From: Thalia democratica | Lineage: Eukaryota | Reading direction: 5' to 3' | Length of the DNA: 64,000 nucleotides | Assembly (NCBI GenBank): GCA_965202585.1 | Contig: OZ241826.1 | Span: forward strand, 76,384,001-76,448,000 | Shown: in pieces, positions 1-10,687 of the stretch | How positions within the stretch are numbered: the first letter of the stretch is position 1 | How the letters are laid out: each line of letters begins with the position of its first letter | The notes under the pieces: model-generated | Database searches by the model: none | What the model was told of the DNA's origin: nothing | The model's input: only the letters and a program-made list of their open reading frames with translations | Position numbers and translations under genes: made by a program

Positions 1-54
1 CTTCTTGATTAAAACAAAAAGTTGAAAACTTAACAAGCATAGTTATAATTTAAC

Positions 55-1104
55 CTGCCGCCATTGAAGTAGTCGTCTTCTCCGTCCCTGCTCCTTCTGA
101 GGAAGATGTTCAAACTGTGGAAGAGTCCGATCCCCGTGGAGACGATCAAAACCACCGCGAACACCGCGTAGTCCTCTGTTGACAGGTCCACTGGCGGTAA
201 GCTGGAAAAATTAGTGGTTTAAAAAACATTTGTATTTTTGTCTTTATTTGTAGAAGTAATGTTGTTTTGTAAGTTTTTTGTAACTTTAAAGTTAGGTGCA
301 CACGAATTTTTGTAAAAGTTAAACGCTTTTGAGATTATGCGTATGAAGTAGTAATTAAGTTTAAGTTGGTGAAATTTTTGTATGCTGTAATTCAAGGTAT
401 GCATATGAAAAACAAACAAGACAATGATTTAGCTTTAACCGTATGTAGTTCTTAAAAATAATATATATAACGCGACGTTTTAATACTACTGTTTGTACTT
501 AATTAAACTTTAATTTCAATGACAATGTTTCTATAAACAGTAAGATGTATGGCGTAACATAAAATAAACTATTTGTATTTAAGTTTATCTAAATACAGTT
601 AAATTACTTTAGAAGGCGGCAAACTGTGGCCCGTAAAGCAAAAATCAGCAAACCAAAATTTACTTTTAACCCTAAAAACATTATTTTTTTAAAATTAAAA
701 AATTGTTGTAAAAACCTATATATGTATATAGGATATTGAATTAACTGTTAGCAATTTTGAATGCTTTATTGTTGCATATTTTATTACATTTTAATTCTAA
801 AACTGTGTTTTTGTTCATCACTGCAAGTATTTTATAACTGCGGCTTTAAACTACTTTTTCACACACAGTGTGGAAACTTTTTCTAGAAAAGTTAACTCGT
901 CACTTTCAAAATGCACAAGACCTTTAAGATAGGTACATATTGGATAAAAAATTAAAATTCTAACCAATTTTACATAATAAACTAAAACTTTTCAGTTAAC
1001 TTTAAGTTACGATTAAATTAAAAAAAAGTTTTATATTTATATGATAAATTACAGTTCATACTAGAACAAACATAAAACTTTACTTACCTTGTATCGTTAA
1101 CCAT
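55..1104 (-). CDS. SLC5A8-like: Sodium:solute symporter (SLC5A8/A12/A5/A6 family) paralogue A, 5' part only; gene runs off the left edge
   Basis: 17-nt first coding exon 1104-1088 (ATG..AG|gtaagt, phase 2) joins in frame to exon 201-55 (ttccag| ... GGC AG|gttaaa). Translation: MVNDTSLPPVDLSTEDYAVFAVVLIVSTGIGLFHSLNIFLRRSRDGEDDYFNGGR. This is the SSS TM1 pattern DY.VF...L..S..IG followed by (D/E)Y..GGR, with the intron at the same phase-2 position as in B and C. Confidence 0.85.
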
Positions 1105-3359
1105 TTTATGAGCAAAATGAGGAGCTAAATTTAGATTTTTTGACTCGTATACTAATGTGATTAAAGAAATACTCACTAAAGTTTGTTTATGATTTTAAGC
1201 AAATTATTTTCATAAACGCGAGTAGTTTTAAGTTCAACAAAAGGACAGACTTAATTGAGTAGTTTCAAAAATACTTTAACTTCATAATACTAACTTAAAA
1301 GATAGTTGTGATTAACAAAGATTAGCTGACAGCAATCACAAAGACTAATACGACAAATCCACAGTGTTTAAGTTGATTTAATTACTTTGTGAGATTTATT
1401 AAAAATTAAGCCTAAAACCTAAGGACCATCTTAGAAACTTTATTTTATTTTGAAAAAGTTGTTGAAATAGAATGAAGTTTAAGTAAATCGAAAAAAAAAA
1501 CTTTTAAGTTTGCTAATTTTGAAAACTAAGTTGAAATTAAAAAATGTTCCTTTGGTTTTAAAAGTTTCATTTTTACATAGTTTATATTGAAGTAGAAAAT
1601 TAAAGTAAATAAAGAAACAAAAGTTTTTTTGGTATAAAGTAAAATATGGTGTCAAATGTATAGATGTTTCCGCATTTTCTAGTCTTTTTTAAATAATTAC
1701 TTTTGTTTGTTGTGAAACACAAAAACTGAATAAAATCTCGTTAAGCCTTAAAGTTGCTTGAACTACCTAGTTTTAAATTAAACTATTAAACAAATATCAA
1801 AAAGTTATAACTAAAAGCTAACACTGAAAAGAAAACTTTGAAAGTTATAAAACAAAAAAATTTAAAATTGTAAGAAATAAGAAAGTTTTATGTCTCTTAG
1901 ATTTTACCAATTTTAATTTCCAATTAAAGCAACGTTTATTAAGCTTCTAAAACTACTGAATGAAATAAACTATTAAATGAACCACAGACTCAGTTAATTA
2001 AAACCTGTATATTATTGTAGAGAACCTTGTAAAAAGCGTACAACTTGTATATACAACAAACACACAACAAAATACGGCCTTGTTAGTTTCACGTACTGTG
2101 TTTGTCATTTAATGATAAACAATCTAGAATACAAACTGTTATTAATTTAACCATTGAAACTAGGGTAAACGTTTTATTGCAGTTTTTATTAATTTGAAAA
2201 TTCTTTTTATATGATTATAATGGCACTGCAAGTATTTTCTAACAAAAGATATTCAATAAATTTTTAATCATAATAAAAATTCTAATAAAGAATACAAGCT
2301 TTACAAGTAAAGTATTGTTTTTATTTTTTTTGTAAAAAAAATATTTAATTTTACGAAAATAAATTTTTTCGTTTACTTAAACTCTCTGACAAAACTAATT
2401 TGGTCATGAACTTGATTTATTGTGTCATCAAGGTACAATTTAAGTTTAGCCCGCAAAACTTATAAATAAGCTAAAACCCTAGGTTTTTAAAATAAAACTG
2501 TTGGTAAATTTATATAAAATAAATACTTTTTTTAACTATTAAAGACCATACAGTACATACCTTTGAGAATTGACCATCAAGTTTTATAAGGCTAAATTAT
2601 TTTGATCTAACTTTAAATTAGTCTTCTAACAAAAAGTTCATTAAAAAATAAACTATCATATTATCATTGTAAATCAAAAGTAGGGTATTTTGTAATACGT
2701 AAATTAACTTTTGTTACGGGAAGTTTGATTGTTTACTTGTCAACAAAAACTTCAATGAGTTAAGTTTGTAATTAGGATTATACGTTAAATCGAACAAGAA
2801 AGACCTTTTTACTTCCCTTCACCTAATGACTTCAGTTTTGTTTTCAATCAGCATGTTCAGCAAAACAACTTTTTATTGTCGTCTGTTTTATGTGAACAAA
2901 CGAACTCTGTTGTTTACTTATCACATATGTTTACGTTATTAGTTTAAAGGTTTTTCAAAATATCGAGCTAAGTTAGAAAAAGGTGTTGAGCTTTGCGTAT
3001 TTTTTATATAAACAAGACGTTTATAAGACTTTCGCAAAAGTTTAAAAACTACTTTTATATAAACACAGTTTGCTACGTCAGACCAAACTACTTTTAAAGT
3101 ATGTATTTTAATGTTCATTTTGTTACTAACAATCATTAACAAAGTATTAATTTTAGAAATTTAGCTTACGTTTCTTTTGAACATTTTAAAACCAAATTAA
3201 AAAATCAAATAAAATCAAAGTTATAATTTTTACGTTTGTTGCTTGGTATTTGAAAAACTAATGTTTTTTGTTCTTTTACTTTAAAGTTTTACAGTTATCG
3301 AATTTAACGTATATTATTTATCAAAGTAAATAACTTTAGAAAGGACTTAATCGGAATAG

Positions 3360-3395
3360 GTGACTCAGCGGCGTTTCAATACGTTTTACGATTGG
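3360..3395 (+). promoter_or_regulatory. Candidate proximal promoter motifs of paralogue B: AP-1/ARE-like GTGACTCAGC and inverted CCAAT (ATTGG)
   Basis: GTGACTCAGC at 3360-3369 matches RTGACnnnGC and contains TGACTCA; ATTGG at 3391-3395. Both lie in a locally GC-richer patch 150-180 bp upstream of the ATG at 3541. Motif match only. Confidence 0.3.
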
Positions 3396-3540
3396 CCAAA
3401 GTTTTTTTTTTGAATTGTTCAAATAAAAAAGTAACTAGCAAGCTCGTTTAAACGTTGTTTTTCTTGAAAATATTTTTTTGTTCTATCATTAACAAAGTTA
3501 AATTTCAAACTAATATACCGAACTATTTTTTTGTAAGCAA

Positions 3541-6500
3541 ATGGACAACTCAACGTTGGTTACCGCGTCCCTGCTTCGCCCTGGCGACTACGCAGTGTGG
3601 GGCTGCCTGCTAGCCGCTTCCGCCCTCATTGGCATCTACTACGCCCTCCAGGAGTACATAAGCCCCGAAATCGAGGACACCGAGGACTTCATGCTCGGCG
3701 GAAGGTTTGGAAATTAAAAAAAAAAAACTTTAGCAACATGATTAGCACGACCTAAATTAATTGCTATTGCTAATTGCATTTTTCGAGGAATGTCTACTAG
3801 TGAAATTTCAGTTTTTGTTAAAAGTTTGGAGTTAGACAAAGTCACATTGATTTAGTTTAAATTTCTTTCAATGCTTAAAAAAAGTATTTAAATAACGAAA
3901 TATTTCAAACTAAAGTCAAGCACAGTCAATTTTAGTTGTGCTATAAAGTCTTTTTTATTCTAAATTTTAATTTCTTCAATAGTTGCATCTGCACTGAAAA
4001 ATTTTTAGCTAGCTTCAAGACAAGTAAATTAAATGAGCATATTTCATTGTTCTCACAGGTCAATGCACATGGTACCGGTTGCAGTTTCGATCACAGTGAG
4101 CTTCATGTCAGCAGTGACAGTGCTGGGCACTCCATCGGAAATTTACCAGAAGGGCACCATGTACTGGTGGTCAGTTTAAACATTTGTTATTTTAGTATGC
4201 ACAAAATTTTAATTTGGGTACTCATTCTTAAGTAGATCAAAAATCAGAATATTTAAATAAGTTTTTTTTAGATTTGAAATAGTTTTTTACAATAATATAT
4301 TTTCAAACATGTATAAACAAGTAAATAGTTTATCAAAAAAAGTTCAAATATACTATTTATATTGTTATATACTATTTATAAATTTTGAAAAGGTTATATT
4401 TAATATCTTATTGTTCAAATTTTTGTCAACAGGATAGTAGTGGCGTTTCTGCTAGTGGCAATCATAACATCTGAAATTTTCATTCCAACTTTTCATCGGG
4501 TCGGGTTATCAAGCACTAATGAGGTGAACATTTCCTGTGCTTAATTTATAGTTTTCAATTAAGTTAAATTGTTTACTAAATAGAAATAATAAAACTTTTG
4601 AATTATGATCATTGACTACAAGAAGCATCGCTGTTTAAGTATACAACGGCAAAATACTTTTAATCTCTTTTTATATTAGTATAAACAGATAAACGTAAAA
4701 CAACAGTATTATATTAAAACAAAATATTGATTATATTATGTAAATAACATTAAAGTAATTATGTAAATACGTAGTGTATTAAAGTGTATTTTGAAAATGC
4801 ATGCGTAATTATTTAAGTCTTTTTGAACAAAAAACTAAACAGCTATAAAAAGTTGTATCAAACCAACTGTCAATTTGTAAATTAGTTTCCATTTTTAGTT
4901 TAAAACATTATATTGATTTATCATAAAATTAGGCTTTTTTTAGGATAAAAGTTTTGATCAATTTAATTTAAAATACCCCTGTTGTATTAGACAATCAAAC
5001 ATTTTTTGTTTTACTTTTTTTTTTTAAATTTTATGTGTCTTCTTAAAATCAAAACATTAAACACGTCTTAAATAAGTCTGAATTAGATTGTATTTTTATA
5101 CATAATTAATAGCAATTGTTTATCACAGTACTTGGAAAAGAGGTTTAATCACAAAGTTCGCATTCTTGCAACCGTTATGTTCATAATGGAAACAATGTTA
5201 TATATGGGTCTTGTCATATACGCTCCATCTCTAGCTTTAAATCAAGGTTTACTTTTTTTAATAATTAACAAAAACTTTCTTTGTTGTAAAATGCTGTTTT
5301 TGATTAAAATGTATAAAAATCAGGCATAAAATGTTTCAATTCTTGTGAAAGTTGTTATATGCTTTGTCTCATGTAATTTTGTTTTGTTATCATTTAAAGT
5401 ATACAAAAAGCGTTTACTCTTTAAATTAATGGTACAAAAGGACTTTTAACTAAAATAAATAAAATTTTGAGTTTGTGTAACCTGTCTAAGTTAAAAAAAA
5501 AACTAAAAAAGTAGTAAAATTATAAAAAATAAAACACTAAACTTCTAAAACATATTTTCAGTAACAGGCTTGGGTTTATGGTCGTCTATTATTCTGACCG
5601 GATGTGTTTGTATATCATACACTTGCTTGGTAAGTAAATAAATATTAATTTTTAAACTTTAATTTGCAATAAAAACTGCTTTATGTAAACTAAGCAAATA
5701 TAGTGTATATATTATTTTTTTTAGTTTATTTTAAGTTTTAGTATTTTGATAGATTTTTAACACTTTGAAGTAAGTTTTAGGTTTAACACTGAATAAATGA
5801 TTAAAGTATTAAAAACAAAACTTTCAAAAATGACAAAACATGAATGTTCAAACTTTTTAAACAATTATGTCTTCAATCTTTTCATCAAATTACTAATAAA
5901 TGGAGATTCAAAAGCTCAAATTGCTATTTTATGAAACAATACAAATAATTAGTAATAATTTTTAAGGTAAAGTTCTAGTATTATTTAAAATATACCAATA
6001 ACAATTTTGCAATCTCATGTAGGGAGAAATAAAAGCTGAAAATATAATTTATACAAAAACTAAATCATAACTAAACAACGTCAAGGGGGGAATAAAAGCG
6101 GTGATATGGACGGACGTGGTGCAGGGGGTGGTCATGGTCGGAGGGTTCCTGGCCCTGGCGATAAAAGGGGCGGCGGACGTGGGCGGGTACAAGAAAGTTT
6201 GGGAGCTGTGCGTTGAAAACGGCAGGATCGATTTTGGCAGGTTTGATTTATTTCTTACTTATATATTTGTAAATAGTTAAAAAAAAACCTTTAGCGAGCT
6301 TTTTGTGTTTAAAAAAATTCATGTATAAAGTTTAACTAAATAATTGCAATTTAAAACCTATATATCATCGGTAAACAAAAAAAAAACTTTTGAACAAAAA
6401 AAAATGTTTTTTGTAACTAACTCAAAACAGTTTATCTTAACTTTAAACAAACCAGGTTCGATTTCGACCCGAGGTACCGGCACTCAGTGTGGAGCGTTGT

Positions 6501-9500
6501 GGTCGGAGGCACCTTCTTCTGGCTGCACTTGTACGCGGTCAACCAATCGCAAGTGCAGAGGTACCTGTGCTGCAAGTCAGTCAACCATGCTAAAGGGTAA
6601 GTAGATCTATGTACTGATATTGTAACAGACATTTACTTGGGTGTGCGCTCGATGACCAGATAATTCTTTTTATGCGCCCAAGCCCCCCGTTAAAAATAGT
6701 TTTTTTAGCATCATTTTGTTTTTGTTTTTTTTAATAAACTTAGATAATTACTAACAGTACTACAGGCAAGTTTTAGTTCGTAAGTAAATTTTGAAAAAAA
6801 ATAGTTTTTTTAGCATCATTTTGTTTTTGTTTTTTTTAATAAACTTAGATAATTACTAACAGTACTACAGGCAAGTTTTAGTTCGTAAGTAAATTTTGAA
6901 AAAAAATAGTTTTATGAGCTAGTGCTTGAAAAGTGAAAACACATGCTTGTATGGTTGTTTAGCACTTATAAAAGCCTGCGTAATTTGTCAAGTTTTTTCT
7001 CTAACATCTTTTCTAACACTTTATACACAGTGCGGTGTTCTTAAATTGGATCGGTCTAACCACGATAATAAGCTTGTGCGTGATAAACGGCACAATAATG
7101 TCAGCCTACTACAAAGACTGCGATCCGATGCTCAACAAGGAAATTAAAGAGTATGATCAGGTTAGTAGCGCTTAAATCATATAAACAATGCAAAGCTAGC
7201 TTGCACTACTTAAAAGTTATGACTCCAGTAGAAAAAAGTATTTGTTTTTTGCGAGGCAGTAGTGCTAATCGTGCAGCTTTCGGAGCAAAACTTCTTTTTT
7301 AAAGATAACAGTAAGCATATTTTTTGTTTACCCGAAGACATTTTATGCCAAGTTTTTGGGACAATCTATTATTGAAAACATAAACATAATAGCACGTCAC
7401 AATTGCTTTATTTTATATTACTTTTCAAACACAATCACTTTACACATGTGCTCTTTTTATAAGCAAATTTAGTTGTACAATATTTGAATCAAGAATTTAA
7501 AACAAAAGTGATGTACATTCAAATTTTGATGAACAATATTTACAATTTAACATAAACTTAAGCTCATTCCGTACTTTGCATTGGAAGTTTTCGATGACTA
7601 CCCGGGTGTGACGGGATTGGTCATTTCAGCCGTGTTTTCAGCTAGTTTAAGGTGAGTAAATAATAGTTTTTTTTTTTTTTTGGAAATAACAGCTAAATAT
7701 AAATTTGAAACGTAAATTATAGCACGGTTTCAACTGGAATAAGCGCACTATCGTGTGTTACCATTCAAGACTTGTTGAAACCGAACTTCAACTGGGAAGA
7801 AAACACTTACACGTGGCTTTCAAGAGGTAACTTATATATACTCAACTGCTTTTATTTTTAAACTGTCTATTTAACGATAAATTAAATGCATTACCTATCT
7901 GTAATTATCCGTTTAAGAATAAAAAGGACTGTTTAAAATCAAACTTTTAAAAGTATGACTAAAAAAGCAACATTAGAATATTTTCAGAGTAATTAAAATA
8001 GTAGATAAATACAACTTTTATAACTAAATTATAACAATAGAAGCATGTTAACAAAACATATTTTCAACAGCTGGAGTTGTGTCGTTCGGAGCTGCGTGCA
8101 TGATGCTGGCGTGGATGGCGTCCAAGCTGGGAGCTCTCCTGGAAGCCGCGCTGAGCATCTTCGGCATCTTCGGAGGAGCTCTGGTGGGAATGTTCACTCT
8201 CGGAATCCTCTTCCCCTTCGCCAATGCGCTCGTTGGTTGCATTTTCTGACTTATTGTTTTGTGAAGGCCTAGCTTTGTTTTTTAAAGCTTTTAACTTGTT
8301 CTTCTAGAATCTAGATAATATTCTACTTGCTGTTTTTGACATATTTTAAAGACGAAAACTGTTAACTGTTTGAAAGAAAGTCTTTGCTTTGCTTCCGTAA
8401 GCTATCTTCTGTTGGTTTTAACCGTAAACAAAAAACTACTTAAAGATTTAAAATAAATCTCACAATGTTAAAAAAACTAACTTATTCCTAATTCTAAAAG
8501 CCTCTTACATGAAAATTGGCAGGGCACACTGCTAGGGGTGATATCAGGGGTGGTCGCTCCCGCCCTGCTGTACATCGGCAAGCGGGTAAACAAGGTGCCG
8601 GACAAGTTTTACAGGCAACTGAACTTCTCCATGGCCGACTGCTCTAACAGGGGAAACATCACGAGTGACTTGGTAATTATGGTTGTGATAGAAGAAATTA
8701 AAAAAAGATAACTTTTTTTAATTTCTAAAGCTTTTAATATTTTGTACCAGTGATTTTAAAACAAACTAGCTACTTAATGTACTTTAAATATATAAAATAA
8801 ATATAACTTGTTTATATTGTTTTCAGATAGCAAATTTAACTGATTCTACTGCTGAAACATTTTACTTAAAGGATTTATCATACAGAGAAAACTTCACAAC
8901 TACTTTGGTAATTTCAATATTTTTAAATAACAAGTTTAAATCAAGAACCTATTCATATTATTTAATATTTTTATAATTTTTACGACATACCAGCTAATGT
9001 AATATATTGAGATATACAATTTATACGTACAATAAATTTGTATTACTTTTAGACATTTTAGACTTATCCTCACCTATATTTTTCTTAAAAGTATAAATGT
9101 TTCAAGTAAAAAAATGTTTTAGACGGCGAGTATAACTAATTCTACGTTGGAAGATGACACGTTTTACTTAAAAGATCTATCTTACACCTACAACAGCCTA
9201 GTTGGATTTTTATTCACCATGACAATCGGCCTCACTGTCAGTTTGTTGACAGGTAAGCGGTATAAGTGCAGCTGTTTTAAATCAATTTGTATAATATAAG
9301 AATCTATAAGTGTTTTTAAATAGTGCTGGTAGAGTTCGTATATCAACAATTTATCCAACAAAGTTATATCAAAGCGACAATTTTGAATGAAATCGTTTGA
9401 ACTTTCAACAGTTTTTAGTATAAAGAACCAACGTAAAACTTCATTATCAATTCTGAATTTATAGAATTTTAAATAGCTTATTTCAAAAAAGTAAATTGGA

Positions 9501-10114
9501 AAAGTTAAATATTAACACTAACAATAATAGTAATAATAAAAATTTTATAAAGTTTTTACAAAATTATCTTGACATAAATTTCCTTTATGATTTAAAATTT
9601 GTAGTTGATTTTTTTTCAACCGTTGTAAATAAAAAATATTATAAACAATATTCTTTTTATAGTTTAAATAAACAGTTTAGAAAAAGTCAAAGGCTCTTTT
9701 TGTTATTAATTTTGTGAAAAATCCTTAAAATTTAGAAGATAAAACTGTAATCAGGTGGTTGGAAGCGCAGGAAAGAGGTGGACCCGAAACTGTTGACGTT
9801 CCTGCTCGATCACTGGTTGTTCTGTTGGGTTCCTGAGAGTGTGAAGAAGTGGAGCAGGTTCGGAGTTGACAGGTATGTGGAACCGCAAGACAAAAGTGAA
9901 GACGATCCGGTTAGTTTATATATATATGATACTAGTTGATAAAGTATTTACTAATTTGTACTAATTGTTCTTTTTATAAATTTAAATGATGTATTAGACA
10001 ATTACTTTATTCATACAAAAATTGAGTTTTACTTGCATGACTTTACTTAGTAATATAACTACATTTGTAAATAACGTTTAGAATGCAAAATTAAAGCAGT
10101 TAAATGAACGATAG
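3541..10114 (+). CDS. SLC5A8-like: Sodium-coupled monocarboxylate/anion symporter (SLC5A8/A12-like) paralogue B, about 626 aa
   Basis: Exons 3541-3704, 4059-4169, 4433-4523, 5129-5246, 5562-5629, 6086-6240, 6456-6596, 7031-7160, 7563-7651, 7723-7826, 8071-8231, 8523-8672, 8827-8907, 9123-9252, 9755-9909; all GT-AG and phase-compatible. Motifs: [72 protein letters not shown]. The last exon is uncertain: either 10082-10114 ([10 protein letters not shown]) or read-through to a stop at 9937-9939. Confidence 0.93.
6692..6913. repeat. Direct tandem duplication, 105-bp unit, about 2.1 copies, in intron 7 of paralogue B
   Basis: The TAGTTTT anchor recurs at 6697, 6802 and 6907, and the intervening sequence (AGCATCATTTTG...ACTACAGGCAAGTTTTAGTTCGTAAGT) looks identical by eye. 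Confidence 0.9.
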
Positions 10115-10548
10115 GAATAAATATGAAAAAAAAAACATTACAAACGATAAAAAATACAACTTCAATAAAAATTAATTAAAACTAAATTGTTCACAAAAAC
10201 AAAAGTTCATTCTTACAAATTTTTTTAAATATTCAAGCATGCTAAAAGTTATTGAAATAGCTTTGGTTTATATTTCATATAAACTTATTAAGCTTGGAGT
10301 TAAATTGAATTGAAAATAAATTTGAACAGAAATTACCACAAGTGTCAAAAGTGTGAAAGTGAAGATTTTTGTGGTTTCAGAGCAAAATAACACTACAAAT
10401 TAGAACAAACATACGTCTTTTTTATTACACAGTAGTCAGGCAGTAAAAACAATAAATAACTTTTGTACACGTTTTTGCTTTAAAAAACAAAAAACCTAAA
10501 AAAAACCTTAAACGCAAGTCAACTTATCCTCACCTATATTTTTCTTAA
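9062..10548 (+). repeat. Two exact copies of the 27-mer ACTTATCCTCACCTATATTTTTCTTAA (9062-9088 and 10522-10548)
   Basis: Direct sequence identity. One copy is intronic in B; the other lies between the 3' ends of B and C. Confidence 0.8.
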
Positions 10549-10687
10549 TTACAACTGCTAATATACAAAAAAAACACAATTCAAGCTTTTTAAAGTTTAA
10601 CTTACCTAATTAAAAAAACAAAAGTAAATATTTTTAAAATAGTTTTGTGTTTTTTTAATCTAATTGTTTGTGATTCGTTTTTTTTTT

